A DNA stretch of 63,527 bases, counting the filler, from Octopus bimaculoides (taxonomy: Eukaryota), in NCBI RefSeq assembly GCF_001194135.2. It is 8 parts of 8 records of this genome, joined end to end, with 100 filler letters (N's around TTAATTAATTAA, not from the genome) between each part and the next. Parts side by side here need not be neighbours in the genome. Positions count along the whole stretch, not along the records: positions 1 to 8,040 come from NC_068990.1; positions 8,141 to 27,034 come from NC_069004.1; 6 more parts are not named here. The stretch is one strand, 5' to 3'. A model generated the notes under the pieces. That model did not search any database, was not told the DNA's origin, and was given only the letters and a program-made list of their open reading frames with translations. Shown here in pieces: positions 1 to 14,585 of this stretch. The stretch's first letter is position 1, and each line of letters opens with the position of its first letter. The translations under genes and the position numbers were made by a program.

Positions 1-48
1 ATATATATATACATATATATTTTTACGCAACCTTACCGATCATGCTAT

Positions 49-85
<37 letters not shown>

Positions 86-865
86 TATATTGCGTATATA
101 TATATGTGTATGTATATGAATGTTTGCCGGTGTGTGTGTGTGTGTGTGTGTGTATGTTTGTGGGCATGTGTGTGTGTTTGTGTGTCCGTGTCTGTGCGTC
201 TGTAAGGTTTTGAGAAAACTCCCTATATATGTAAATATATATAATGATCAACACATGATCATATGTGCATGAATCCCTGCAACCGACCAAGATTTGTCCC
301 ACCCCTGGTTCAGTTCAGAACCATATATATTTTTTTTATTTTTATTTATATAAATAATAACATACATTGCTGTTATTACATATATATAATCCTAGAAATT
401 ATTTTTTTTTACAATAAATCTTGTTCAATTCATCTTTAATTTACTACAATCATTTCTTATAAAGCAGCGGCATTTTATATCCGCACAGGCTAGCCCTGGG
501 ATATTCATTCAGTCAAGACAACAATGAATGAATCTAGCAGTGATTTTTTCCCCCCTTTTAGTGCTATAATCTAATCAAAGCCTAGTATCGTATTCAAATA
601 TTTCCCGTATTTTCGGTAATTTTTTCATGCCCTTTTCTTGTAAATGATGGAAATCAATACGGACGTTTTTCGTTCGATTCCTCTCTATCGCACGAGACGC
701 AGAAAAATGAATATCGGAATAACGTTAAATGAGCTTCCTAGCTTCCTATCAAGAAATAATACACCCATACAGGTCCTATTGACAACATGATTTTCCCCTC
801 GCTTTAACATATGCATGTGGGTGCGTGAGTCTGTGTACGTATTTGCGCGTGAATGTAGGCATATG

Positions 866-911
<46 letters not shown>

Positions 912-1145
912 ACGCACCCACGCAAACACACACGTGTATTCGTATAGAACAAAAAACAGTCTATGGAAAAAAAAGAAATCACCACATTAATCGTACTTCT
1001 TTGCCTCGCATAAAACGGGGTGATGTGCAACGATAATTAGGTTCAATATGTGAAGCGTTTTACATTTTTATCGATAATATAGCGACGTAGTTTTTCACGA
1101 TTTATTCGGTATCTGGGTATCTGATATTTCATAGAAACATAGCAG

Positions 1146-1151
1146 TCTCTC

Positions 1152-1212
<61 letters not shown>

Positions 1213-1294
1213 NNNNNNNNNNNNNNNCTCCCTCTCTCTCTCTCCATTTCCCTCAGCCGCGATATCTATATATGTACGGATATATATATTATAA

Positions 1295-1336
<42 letters not shown>

Positions 1337-1545
1337 TCACGCCCACAGGCATATATTCATATGTAATTATACGTACACACATATATATATATATATATAT
1401 ACTATTATTATTATTATTATTATTATTATTACTGGATTTCCTATTCACTCTCTTCTTTCATCTGTATCATGAAATCTCCTTATCACAAAATTGTGTCACT
1501 AAATTTTTCCTTCCATATATCCCTCTCTTTCTCTTTCATGCAGTC

Positions 1546-1595
<50 letters not shown>

Positions 1596-1650
1596 TCTCT
1601 CTCTATGCCTGGCTCTCTGTTTGTCTCTCTATCTATCTATCTATCTACCC

Positions 1651-1682
<32 letters not shown>

Positions 1683-1860
1683 CTATCTATCTATATACCT
1701 ATCTATCTGTCTATCAATATATCTATCTATCAATCTATCTATCTACCTATCTCTCTATCTCTGATAGATATACATATACATATACATACATGCATATATA
1801 TATATGTGTATTTATGTATATGTATAAGTATATATGTATATATATATGTGTGTGTGTGAT
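1146..1860. repeat. Compound microsatellite block (CT)n, (TG)n, (TA)n, (ATT)n, (ATCT)n
   Basis: Read directly; representative of dozens of SSR blocks across the window. Confidence 0.95.
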
Positions 1861-1950
1861 CAAATGAATAATAACAGACGATGGTTCAATGTCAGCTCAT
1901 TACAGCTGTTTCTTACGCAGTTTTTTTTTTACATAGAAGAATGAGAACAT
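1861..1950 (-). repeat. Penelope-associated terminal repeat with hammerhead-like GAAACAGCTGTA motif (inverted partner of 3575-3670)
   Basis: Reverse complement aligns with 3575-3670; adjacent to a PLE GIY-YIG remnant. Confidence 0.65.
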
Positions 1951-2124
1951 CATAATAGGAATATAAAGGTCATGTCCACTTTCTGATTGATGTCTAGCAG
2001 TAAATGTGATTTACAAATGTAATGTTGTGATGGAGACCAATACTTATATTTATATTGGCTGCTCTGTATATCACAATCAGCGTTTATGTAACGTCTAGTC
2101 TTCCTTTTAATTAAGACATAGGAC

Positions 2125-2290
2125 AGGCAGGACTTCTCTAGCCACGACGATTTGGGAACTCAAGGACGATAATGTTAAATTTGATTTGAGTTGGGACACC
2201 ATTAGAGTCCCTAAACCGTACTCAAAGGGCTTGGTACTGTTTGAAATGTTAAACCGATCAAATAGTGAAAATCTAATAAATATTAAACTA
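2125..2290 (+). mobile_element. Penelope-like element GIY-YIG C-terminal remnant
   Basis: TSLATTIWELKDDNVKFDLSWDTI..PKPY..LLN-like segment typical of PLE C-termini (T.LS..IWELK....I.W.I). Confidence 0.65.
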
Positions 2291-2399
2291 GACTTTCATC
2301 TTTCCTGTATGCATAAGGCTACCCGCACTTTTAAATACTCTAATAGCATTAAACAACCTCTAAAATAGCTCCTAATCAAGAGCCATTTTACTCCTTCTG

Positions 2400-3500
2400 T
2401 TGTTGACCCAAAAGTCATTGATCTGCTTAATTGTCTGAGACCCTCTAGTCTCGTTCTTCCTTACCATTACTTCTTAACCATTTTTATTATACTTGCATGG
2501 TATGTCATATTGAAGTAACTAACCATTCCATTTGTGGTGTACCCAGAATTCAGCATTACAGATAGCGAAAATATCTAACCTAGATACAGCAGCCTGCACA
2601 CCATAGCCAGTTTTTTTCCAATTCCCCTAAGTAAGTAATCCTTATACCAAAATACAGTTATTTGTGCTGTGCTTGTTAAACAATAGATGAAACACACTAT
2701 CCAAACCTCTTACCCGCGAGTATTGTACAGATTTGCATTACCTGATTCACACAATGGTGATTATATTATCTAATTAAGCAATATCAACGCCACCTGTATA
2801 GCATTCCAAATTGATAATCATTAGACACCTTCCTACTGCTGGCATTTTTTGATATCCAATCTAGTATTCCGCTAATTCGATATTAGGTGTAGTTTGTTAC
2901 ATAACCCCCTCTTCCTTTGAACTCCTTAATGATAAGTAGTACACTACTATTACAACCAGGTATTTTTATTTTCCCGGAAACCTTTTCCTCATATCGCAAG
3001 TGGTCCCCCACTATCTCATATATAACATATTCGTTTCTAAAACAACATCCTACATCTTTCTACTTTACCAGACAAATCAATCACGCATACCACAATTCCT
3101 TAACAGTTAGAACTTATCATCTGATAACTTATCATCAACCTATATCCACAGAATACCTCTAAATTTAGTGAATCTCTGTCCTCCTCTTTCTGTCCCTGAA
3201 CCTTAGCTAGTGAATCGTAGACTCCGACTCCTTTGGGCTTTATTTACGCATTTATATGTCTTCACTTTTACTTTTTGCTTTCTTCCATCTTCATTCCTAC
3301 TTTATCTTCGGTCCTCTCCAAACTGCCCACTTTTCTAAGCATAATATAATAAAATGCCACCTGCACACCACCCCTAGCCTACGAAAAAGCAAACCTCGCA
3401 GACTCCCATTTCATCTGGGTTGCTGCCCTCAAATATCACATTACACCCTTTCACAAACTATTACCCACAACGTCCAATTTTATTGGTCATTCTCCCTTTT
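2400..3500 (-). mobile_element. Highly decayed non-LTR (CR1/RTE-like) reverse transcriptase remnant
   Basis: Degenerate, correctly ordered motifs on the minus strand: SNC*GI..LSGKV (NYRGISLL..GK), KGFRENKNT (GFR..RST), G*CVSSIV (QGCVLSP). Confidence 0.45.
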
Positions 3501-3574
3501 CATAGTCAGCCTCGACAGACTTCAGTCACGTCCCTGCTGTATTCTTCGGGTATTCTTTTATTTGTAAAATTACG

Positions 3575-3670
3575 TTTCATCTTATGATGAAAAAAAATGC
3601 GTAGAAAACAGCTGTAATGAGCTGACAATTATACGTCGTCTGTTATTCATTTGAGTATAATACACCAAGG
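3575..3670 (+). repeat. Penelope-associated terminal repeat with hammerhead-like core
   Basis: TTCAT-CTTATGA..GAAAACAGCTGTA-ATGAG; the flanks TTCAT/ATGAG can pair as stem I. Confidence 0.65.
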
Positions 3671-3930
3671 CGATTAATGACATTTCAGGCACCCTACAGT
3701 ATACCAACAGCGCACAATTTGACGTAACGCGTACTTTGCACCACCCGCTAGGGGCTAAATACACATAGGGCTGGTTTTCACTGTGTATAAAACCGGAATA
3801 TCCTATTTGATACTTACCAACCATAGACCGCAGGTTTATCCAACGCTACCTGGTGCATATATTTTCATGTAACAGATTCTGACTGAATCCTTACGTTATT
3901 ATATATACTCTTCTATTCGTTTCGTATATA

Positions 3931-4095
3931 TACGAAGGGCTTCTTTCAGTTTCCGTCTACAAAATCCACTCACAAGTCCTTGGTCGACCCGAGGCTATAG
4001 TAGAAGACACTTGCCCAAGATGCCACGCAGTGGGACTGAACCCGGAACCATGTAGTTGGTAAACAAACTACTTACCACACAGACACTCTTGCGCC
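3931..4095 (-). mobile_element. SINE family 1 copy
   Basis: Reverse complement matches 26761-26925. Confidence 0.88.
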
Positions 4096-4097
4096 AT

Positions 4098-4147
<50 letters not shown>

Positions 4148-4716
4148 ATTTNNNNNNNNNNNNNNNNNNNNNNNNNNNNNNNNNNNNNTGGGGGGGGGGG
4201 GTCTGTGTATGTATGTGTGTGTTTATGTATGTATGTATTTATGCGTATGTATGTATGCGTATATAAATGTATAGTGTTTAGTTCTATACTCAATTAAGAG
4301 GAGAGAGACACAGATAATTAAATCCGCAGACGGAGAGCTGCAGAAGTTTACGTCTTCTCAATTTCTTGTTTCTCTAATTAGCTTTTGTAGATAAACCAAG
4401 ATATTGTTTTCCTTTGATCTTTGTAAAATATGACCAAGCAGATATTGCTGGATTTAATTTCCAAAGCATCTGAATTATAAGATAGACAACTTAGTATGAA
4501 CTCCGTCATGCAATTTATAGTACTAAATAATATTTTGTCTATTCATCTTACTCAAATGCCATTCTCAGCAGGTTTTCCCGCGCGCTCATTAATTTTTATA
4601 CCAGCAAAATAGACGGGTATTTGCAATATCACGTGGATGCCCTAAAAGCTTACTGTAACATGAATATAGGTGCATTACTTTCTTTTTCGTATTTCATTTT
4701 CTATTTCTTGTTTCAG

Positions 4717-4842
4717 TGGTCCTGCCGGATCACCACCATAGGAATATGGTTTGTCATTAGTGCTCACCTGGTAGTTAACTCATCGACGACGAAAGGACAA
4801 AAGGAAAATTCCAGTCCGGTGGAATTGGAACACATAACGTAG
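4717..4842 (+). other. Possible terminal exon (WSCRITTIGIWFVISAHLVVNSSTTKGQKENSSPVELEHIT*) of an unidentified upstream gene
   Basis: Strong TTTCTTGTTTCAG acceptor followed by non-repetitive sequence open to a stop; no recognisable homology. Confidence 0.2.
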
Positions 4843-5680
4843 AGACTGGCGAGTTGCCTTTTAAGCCTCTTGGCCGGTGTGTTAATGGTTCCGATAGCTC
4901 ACCAGCTTATTCATAGATTGCAGATTTCTGCTTTACTTATATGTAACAAAGCCCATGAATAGTTTCCATTTAGGTGTGGTTCGATCTCTGCGTCGAGAAA
5001 CTCTGATAAGTGGAATTAAAATATCATCAATGTGAATCATGATTGTAATTATCAAAGACAAAATGATATTTTAGGCGCTTATGTATAATGCGGAAGAGAC
5101 AAAAGGCCCGGGATTGGACGAAGTAACTGTAGTCGTGTGCATCTCCACATAAAGTGATTTTTCACATATAATCACACGTAAAACGCACGACAATGAATAC
5201 ACACACACGTTAAATAATGATGACTATGATGATGATGATACGTGCGTATGCATGCATGTATGTACCTTTGTATATATATATATATATATACAACACACAT
5301 ATACAGCGCAGATACACATACATACATACATACATANNNNNNNNNNNNNNNNNNNNNNNNNNNNNNNNNNNNNNNNNNNNNNNNNNNNNNNNNNNNNNNN
5401 NNNNNNNNNNNNNNNNNNNNNNNNNNNNNNNNNNNNNNNNNNNNNNNNNNNNNNNNNNNNNNNNNNNNNNNNNNNNNNNNNNNNNNNNNNNNNNNNNNNN
5501 NNNNNNNNNNNNNNNNNNNNNNNNNNNNNNNNNNNNNNNNNNNNNNNNNNATATATATGTATGTATGTATATACACATACATACACACATATATATATAT
5601 GTATGTACGTATGTATATATATATATATATATACAACACACATATACAGCGCAGATACACATACATACATACATACATAC

Positions 5681-5725
<45 letters not shown>

Positions 5726-6340
5726 CTGACTGGTTATTTTTGTGTAAAATTAAAACGCATTCAGTTAATTCAATCAAACTCGGCAACAGCGAACAAAGTA
5801 TTAATCACATCTCTGCATATTATTATTGCGTTGTATTGTTAAGAGCTTCCACTGGAACAGTTAATATGTCGGTGAATGGAGGACAGGAATGGGACGGGAA
5901 GGAGATTGTGTTTGCAATAAGAACACCGATGAAACGTATGCTGGTGACGGAGATGTATGGATAGTAAACGGGTGGTGGCAGGCAGGTAAGCTTGCTGAAT
6001 GCAGATGCCGTTGGGTGTTGAGGCAGGTAGACATATCGGCGGTGGGGTGTATGTCGGTGTTTGCGGGGTGTAACGGTTTTGATTAGTGACAATCAAAGGC
6101 ATGATGTTAACACAAGGGAAAACATCATAGAAAATTTCCTAAACTTGTATGCTTGTGTTTGATAGAATGTGCGTGTGAGTAGAGAGTCTGAAACTTGGCA
6201 CAAAACAATATGTATATATAGATATTTATGTATGCGTGTTTATGTGTTTATGTGTGTGAGAGAGAGAATCTTAGGGCGTACACGCACACATGTGTACAGT
6301 TAAGCATGTAGTTGTATTGGCAATATGACCATCCCCAAGT

Positions 6341-6373
<33 letters not shown>

Positions 6374-6635
6374 NNNNNNNNNNNNNNNNNNNNNNNNNNN
6401 NNNNNNNNNNNNNNNNNNNNNNNNNNNNNNNNNNNNNNNNNNNNNNNNNNNNNNNNNNNNNNNNNNNNNNNNNNNNNNNNNNNNNNNNNNNNNNNNNNNN
6501 NNNNNNNNNNNNNNNNNNNNNNNNNNNNNNNNNNNNNNNNNNNNNNNNNNNNNNNNNNNNNNNNNNNNNNNNNNNNNNNNNNNNNNNNNNNNNNNNNNNN
6601 NNNNNNNNNNNNNNNNNNNNNNNNNNNNNNNNNNN

Positions 6636-6670
<35 letters not shown>

Positions 6671-6954
6671 TATTTATACATATATATTTACAAATATACG
6701 TACATGTGTATTCCTGGTATGTGTGTGTGTTGTGTGTGTGTGTATGTTCGGCTATTATGTATGTGTGTGTGCGTGTGTATGTGTGAGTATGTGTGTGAAA
6801 GCTAAACTATCGTGGAAACAATTGCATAATTAAAGTTAATTAAAAGACTGCTTGATGTTGTTTTGACGATAATGTTAGCTGTTGGTGCTGGCAATGGTAG
6901 TAACTGTGACCACATGGTCGTTGTAATATTTTAGTCTCGGTGGTATTCGATGCA

Positions 6955-7015
<61 letters not shown>

Positions 7016-7639
7016 ATCATGACCTTTCATTAAATGTTCAATGCGGTTTCGTAATGGTGGATTGAACTTGCGACTTATGGCTTGCCTGGCAGTTTAGAGA
7101 CGTGGTGTCTACCTGTAATACTGTTTAAATAAGTGTTGGTGATGGTAATGATGATGATAATGTTGTTTTTGTTGTTGTTGTCGGTGGTGTTAGTGTTATT
7201 AATTGTTGTCGTGGCGTTAAGCGCCGCCCTACCGTTTGTCCTGATATTTCTAGCCACAGACGTCAATCGCCCAGCAGAAGCCTTCGTTTGCATTGATGAT
7301 AGCGATGTATATATGATAACGGTTCATCATTTAATCCAGGCAAATCAGTTTCAAATATTCGGACTATTTTATATTCAAACCCACCTGAAACATTATCGGT
7401 AAGCTTATAAAAAAAAATTATATTTATTAGCATAATTATAATTAGGGTTCAGCAAAATTGCTTCACCACATGCTGAAATTTAAAAATAGCAGTTAAATAC
7501 TATTCCACTACCATAAGATATTTCCCATACAGCAATACTCCCATTTACCGATAATGGTTCTTTTAACATACCGAACTACTTGGTAAAATAAATTATTAAT
7601 TAATAATTTCACTCTATATCAGTATGAACTTCACTCTCC

Positions 7640-7885
7640 TGTCTTAGAAAGAACTTTCCCCCACCACCTCCTCTTCCGGTCCTTTCACACTGTAACCTCG
7701 TGGGCATCGGTGCCATTTTCCTCTTCCTCCGTTTTTCCATTCTCCGAACTTTCTGTCTTTCCGACGAAGGGCTACGCCCGAAACATCATGGTCTCTCTCC
7801 TTCCTTTCTCGAGCGTCCAATAAAACTATCCGTATCACGTCCTCACTTTGTTGTTTTTTTGTTATTGTTTTTTGTGTTTTTTTTA
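7640..7885 (-). mobile_element. Dispersed repeat (Penelope-like terminal region), related copy at 63035-63480
   Basis: Reverse complement closely matches 63040-63240; contains CCGACGAAGGGCTACGCCCGAAAC. Confidence 0.75.
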
Positions 7886-8040
7886 ACTTATATGACGCAC
7901 GCTCACACGGACCCTGGCCTTTCAACTGGATTTGATGTACCCAACTGCCGGAATCTTTTATTACCTCGGATTACTGTTCCTGTTGGATCTGCCTTTCCTG
8001 CACCTTGATTGAACATCAGCAAAATTTGTCCGTGACTCTT

Positions 8041-8140
8041 NNNNNNNNNNNNNNNNNNNNNNNNNNNNNNNNNNNNNNNNNNNNTTAATTAATTAANNNN
8101 NNNNNNNNNNNNNNNNNNNNNNNNNNNNNNNNNNNNNNNN
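8041..8140. other. Artificial 100-nt scaffold spacer N44-TTAATTAATTAA-N44 (also about 27035-27134, 43791-43890, 49081-49180, 51648-51747, 55288-55387, 60997-61096)
   Basis: Identical fixed-length spacer with an all-frame stop linker, occurring seven times. Confidence 0.95.
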
Positions 8141-8155
8141 AGACAACATGATAAG

Positions 8156-8212
<57 letters not shown>

Positions 8213-9342
8213 AAACGTCATCAAATAAGAGAGAGAAAAGGGGTTGGAGATGAGACAGTGATGAGGGGGAGGAAGAGAGAGAGTGAGTGAGGGTGATGGG
8301 GAGAAATTATATGCCTAAGAAAATTTGCATTTTTCCCTGCTAAAAGCTTGTTCCGTGAGTGCTTTCCAAAGAAGAGAACTTTGCCAACGCCAACCCAGAT
8401 TAGAAAAATCAAAATCTCAACCAGACCTCTGTCACAGCTGCCATCATCATCTCAACAGCAAAGGCAAACATTTGCTCTCATCACAGATATTGTTTATAAA
8501 CACATTTCCTTCTCCTTTTCTTTTTCTTTTTTTTGCTTCGCACATGCATACACACACACACACGCACACACACACATAATTCTGTGTATGTATGATATAT
8601 ACACGCACATACATACTCACACGTATGTCCTCAATCTCACACACATTTGCACACATGTAATGTGCTCACACATACACTTACTCTCACGCATTCACATATG
8701 CATACATACTCACACACACATTCTCTCTCTCTCTCTCTCTCTCTCATGCACACACAGGCATATACATACACACACATATACATGTACATACAAACACACT
8801 CGTACTTACACACACTCACCCATTCAAATATACATATACACGCACACATGCAAATATACACATAATTCACACACACACATACATGCACATACATTGATAT
8901 GTGCATACACTCACACACACATACACACACACACACACACACACAATCACACATATTGATTTTCCCCCACACATATTCCTTCTGTCTTAGAGGTTAGCAG
9001 GTAATTTCTTGCACTTGTTTTTAATTATTTGTTTTTTTTTCTACATTACTGTCATGTTGTTGTTGTTGTTGTTGCATTTGTCAATGTTGATGTTGTTGTT
9101 CCTCTTCCTACACCTGTTCCTGTTGTGATTGCTGCTGTTAATGTTGCTATCACGGCTGCTTGTTGCTGGCAATGTTCTGCTTTTCATTATCATTTTTGTT
9201 GTTGCTGTTGAAGTTAATGAATTTGTTTTTGTTGAGTTGTTGTTGTCAATGTTATTGTTCATGTCACTGTTGCCGTTACTACAATTGTTGCTGCTGTCAA
9301 TATTGTTAGTTTTTGTTGTTTGTGTTGTTGATGTTCTGAGCA

Positions 9343-9428
<86 letters not shown>

Positions 9429-9570
9429 AGCGTTACCACTGCATTGAAATTACTTAATCTTCATTTATTTCTATTTTCTTCTCTTAATTATCTTTCCAAA
9501 TATTTTTAATGTTTGTTTTTTGTGTGTTTTGTTAAGTTTCATTTCTTCCTATTCCAATGCGATTATTATC

Positions 9571-9622
<52 letters not shown>

Positions 9623-11200
9623 TGTGTTTTGTTCAACTCCTTTCTGTCACTTGCATGTTATGTAAGGGCAATGGAGGTTTAAATCGCATCTGCATGCATG
9701 GATGTGTGGTTTGACGGTTTCCTTTGCAACGCAACTTCATGGTTCCAGGTTCAATTCTACTGCATGGCACCTTGAGAAAATGTCTTTTGCCAAAGCCTTG
9801 ACTTAACCCTTTAACATCAACAGCTCATACTTGCAGTGGGTTGAACAAAAAGCTATGGTGAGACAGATTTTTTTATGGCTGGATACTCTTCCTGACACCA
9901 ACCCTTACCTGGAGGCGAAAGTGGCAAACACCTCATAATACTAGGAGTTTTAGAACCCCAAGTGATCCCTTAGTTTTTCCAGTGCATTGTAGCAACCCTC
10001 AATGTACGTGAGTTCAGAGGCTAAGAGTTAATTGTTTCAGCAGGACTCTATCCAAATCACTACACAGCCGTGTGTGTCTGTGTGTTTACACACACACATT
10101 ATCACATTTGAAAATAACCTTTTATTGTTTAACTGGTTGCAATCATTAAAATCTGGCCAAACTGGAGCACTGCCTTCAAGGGTTTTAAATCAATCCTATT
10201 GACATGTGTACTTACTTCTTCAGTCAGATATTTTATTGATCTCATATATATATTTGATGTATGTGTGTGTATACATACACACATACATAATACATACACA
10301 CACATACACACATATCTCACTACCTCCCTCTCTCTCTCTCTATATATATATAGATATAGATATTTATATATGCCTACACACACACATACATAATATAGAC
10401 AACTATTTATATTCATTGAGATACATATATACACACATAGTTTCCTGTATTATTCATGCATAAACACTCACACACACACACAAACACACACACTGATAAT
10501 GGTGTAAAATGTCTTCATTTGAAGAACAATTCATTTTGAGGAAATGTTATATGGCATTCCGTCTTTGTTTCAATGGCCTTTGTAGAGCAGCCGGTGGTAT
10601 TGGTTTGGCATTTCATATAGAATTTATGCAGCAATGTTGTCTTAAACTGGAGAATAAAACTTCCTTTGTGGCTTGGGAATATTTCTATAGAATGTAGGAA
10701 CTCTGAGCTGTTGTATGTTTTATACAAAATTACCATTAAATACACACATACTTGCTTCTGTGTGTGTATATAGATATACTTATACACACACACATACAGA
10801 GGCAATCATATACACACAGAACCACAAACATTCACAGATACACACACATATGATGTGTGTGTGTGTGTGTGTAGGTGAATAAGGAATTAGCAGGATAGAA
10901 TAACCTTGTGGTATTTGTTTCAACTCTCTGGGCTTTGATTTCAAATCCAACTGAGGTCAGCTTTACCTTTCATCCTCTCAGGGTCAACATTTAAGATAAA
11001 TAAAGCACCGGTCAGTTCCCCACCCTTCTTCTCTTTCTCCTCCCCTCTCCCCACTGTTGTGCCATCAGTAAAGGTAGAGGGCGCTCACTGCAACCCTTTC
11101 TCAAGAAATGGGGGAAAACTGCGTGAGAAGCTACCAATCACTTCTCATGATGAAAATTTATTAATTACACGACTGAAGCTCCCCAAGGATGGCTCCACGC

Positions 11201-11372
11201 TTAACCCTTTAACATTTAAAGCAGCCAAAATATCCAGCCTTGTTTTATGTTCAAACTGGCCAGATCTGGCCTCTCACACCTACCCTACAATGTCATTCTA
11301 AAAGTAAGCAATCATGTCATCAAAATCTAGAAGCTACAAAATAATGCAGGATTAATTCAAAGTAATATGAAA
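11201..11372 (+). mobile_element. Truncated copy of the same piggyBac-type MITE
   Basis: TTAACCCTTT start; shares the CAAACTGGCCAGATCTGGCCTCTCAC..CCCTACAATG core with 25369-25590. Confidence 0.75.
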
Positions 11373-14300
11373 CTATAGATACAAGTTAACCAATGGCTTG
11401 TGGGTGAAATTTGGTAGACAAAACCTGGAAGGAACTCATCACATGCATACAGACATATATTCATGCATACATGCACATATAAATGTATACGTGTGAGTGT
11501 GTGAGTGTGTGTGTGAGTGTGTAGTCATGTGTATTATGTGCATGTCTGCATCATTATAAAACACTTACTGAGTGCGAGGTGAGATTTTTCACTCGTAACT
11601 TTTGTACGTGTGTATATTTTTCCTTGGGTCACAGTTTATCTACCTATCTTTCTCTCTGATGTGTGTGTGTGTGTAGTCATGTTGTAGGAAAGTTGTAGAG
11701 AAATAGTTTTATAATGGAAACGAAATGCACGAGGAGAGGGATGAGTAGGATATCAGGACCAGATTAATATGAGACTCTTTGATTATCAAATTACAGTCAG
11801 ATGCTATGATTTGGGGAAGCTGGTTTATTATTAGAAACATTTAAATTACCAAAGTACAGAGAAATAAAAGAAGAAAATAAGAAGAAAAAACTAAAGATTG
11901 GTTTCTAATAGCAACGGATTAGTACAATTTTTTTAAATTCTAAATTCTAATCACACAGTATATTCTAAGGAACCCGACTTTGTATTACAAATATATATGT
12001 TACTAATGTATAACATGTGCATTCTAATAAGATAGGAATGGCATTAACACAGAGAATTACTTCTCCAAGAAAACATGGGAATCTATTCCATTTATAAAAG
12101 TAGCTTAATTACACAGACATGCTTTTAGATTATGACCAAACATGTTTGGAAGCATTCCTTAGTTTTGGGGATTATAAGGTTTGAAAAGAAGGGGCACAAT
12201 GTCTGTGAGTACGGGGTATTTAACTGGGTTTTCTATGTGTACTCTTGCTTCCTAATACAACATCTTGTGATGTTCCTGGATGTGATATGGCATCATCATC
12301 ATCATCATCATCACCATTAAACGTGCACTTTTCCATGCTGGCATGGGTCAGACGGAACTTGTTTTTCTTGCTACTTGATGCTTTCCCGTTTAATGAGTTT
12401 CACCTGTTCCCAGGAAAGGTAAATTTTCCCGTGGCCAGACAAGTTCTTCATGGAAGTCTGGAAATGTACATCATCTTTTGTACGACAATGGTGTCCTTGT
12501 ACAACTGTCATGGGATTTCAAGACAAGGGTATACACAAGCATGCACACACACACAACAGGCTTCTTATAGTTTCTGTCCACCAAATTCACTCACAAAGTT
12601 TTGGTTGGCCCAGGGCTTTGGTAGAAAATACTTGGCCAAGTTGCCATTCAGAGGGACTGAACCTGAGATTGCATGGCTAAGAAGCAATCTTCTCAACCAC
12701 ACAGCCACACCAATGCTAAAAAATTCATTGCAATTTCTAATACTTACGTAAAATCAGAGTGGAGGCTTATTGACTTAGTGGTTAGCGTGGTGGACTCATA
12801 AACATGAGATTGTGATTTCAATTTCTGGACCAACCAATGTGTTGTGTTCTTGAGCAAAACACTTTTCACATTGCTCCAGTCGACAAGAGTGTAAAAAATC
12901 AGAAGAAATATTGCTGAGAATTTTGCTCAGAAATTTTGGAGGGTGGGGTGGGGGGTTTGTTGATTAAATCAACCCTGGGACTTGAGTGGTCCTTTATTTT
13001 ATTGACCATCAAAAGATGAAAGGCAAAATTGACGTTGACAAGATTTGAACTCACAATGTCAAGGGCCATTTTGGCTGACCTTTCACTAATTCTTGCAATC
13101 TAATCCAAGCTAGTCTGCAACAGCAATTATCACAGTTGACTAATTCCAAATTAATTAATGTAGCTGTTGATTAATTCCAAATCAATAATCTTTGCCAATT
13201 TAATAATTATTACAGCTGACCAATTCTAAATTCATGATTACCACTAAATTAATAAGTATTGCTTAATTAATTACTTAATACTAAATCAACAATTTATCCC
13301 CCAAGAGACAAATTTTATAATAGTAATTATTATTAATAATTAATTATATTTATAATTATTATTGTTGCTAACAAACTCCAAACTATTTCCTTGTCACAAT
13401 GATGGAATTGTGATTCCTAGACTCACAACCCATCCTCTTTATGTGATCATTTAAGCATGCTTTTAGCTTTTACTTGCGTTAGTCAGTGGACTGTGGCCAT
13501 GCTGGGGCACTGCCTTGAACAATTTTAGTCAAACACATCAACACCAGCTGTCAAGCATTGGAGAGGGGGACACACAGACACAAAGATATACACATACACA
13601 CACACACACACACATACTTATATATGATTGGCTTCTTTCAGTTTCCATCTACCAAATCCATTCACAAGGCTTTGGTCAGCCCAAGGTGCCACAAAGTGGG
13701 ACTGAACCTGGAACCATGTGTGTTAAGAAGCAAGCTTCTTACTGCACAGCCACACCTGTACCTATGGATGCTTGTGTGTGTATTTTCTTTTAGCGTGTCC
13801 ATTCTTCCATGCTGGCATCAGTTGGGTGACTTGACAGAAGTTGGCAAGCCAGGGAGCCACACCAAACCTTGATGCCCCCCCCCTCCAACCATGGTTTCTT
13901 CACCCATCACTTTATAGAGTGTGCTGCATGTTCTTTACATGGCACCAGCTTCGGAGCCTTTTATGTGGCATCAGCACACACACACACACACAGACACACA
14001 CACACATATATGTTTATACACACACTCAGAAGTGTGTGTTTGAGTGTTACGACTCAGAGTTCTGCCTGTGTAATTGACTGCATTTGTTATATGATGAGCA
14101 ACAGGGGCAAAACTCCGGACTGAGCCTTAACAGGGGGTCATTTCGCTGCTGAAACTACATGCTGTACACTTTTCTCCTCTACCTTTTGTAAACTCAAATA
14201 TGTTTTCTATATTTGTATGTATAAATGTGTACATAGACATATATATGTGTATGTGTGTGTGTGTTTGTGTCTATATGTGTGTGTGCATATATGCATAAAT

Positions 14301-14552
14301 ATATATATATATATGTGTGTGTGTGTGAATACAATAAGAAAAAGATGAAACGTATTTCATTCTGTGTTTAAAGATTACTTTGAATGTTACAAATCATGGC
14401 TTTTACTTTCTGTCATGTTGAGAGTCATCAGAAATGATTCCAATAAATACTCGGTAATGGAGAACAACAACAGCAACATCTGCAATAGATGTAACAACAA
14501 CCAAAACTACAAAAATAAACACAACTAATAAAACACCAATAATAATAATAAT

Positions 14553-14585
<33 letters not shown>

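Noticed and set aside
5265-5680. Direct repeat flanking the 5337-5550 gap
   Set aside because: Duplicated contig ends around a gap, a typical assembly artefact.
9041-9439. 132-aa T/N/A-rich ORF on the minus strand
   Set aside because: Derived from (GTT)n/(GCT)n microsatellites; no recognisable domain or convincing splice sites.
12129-12178. Possible exon DYDQTCLEAFLSFGDYK ending in phase 0 before the MPND GKKF exon
   Set aside because: Does not resemble the expected GVTL..LEPG..LSI.YL RAMA N-terminus, and the donor is weak.
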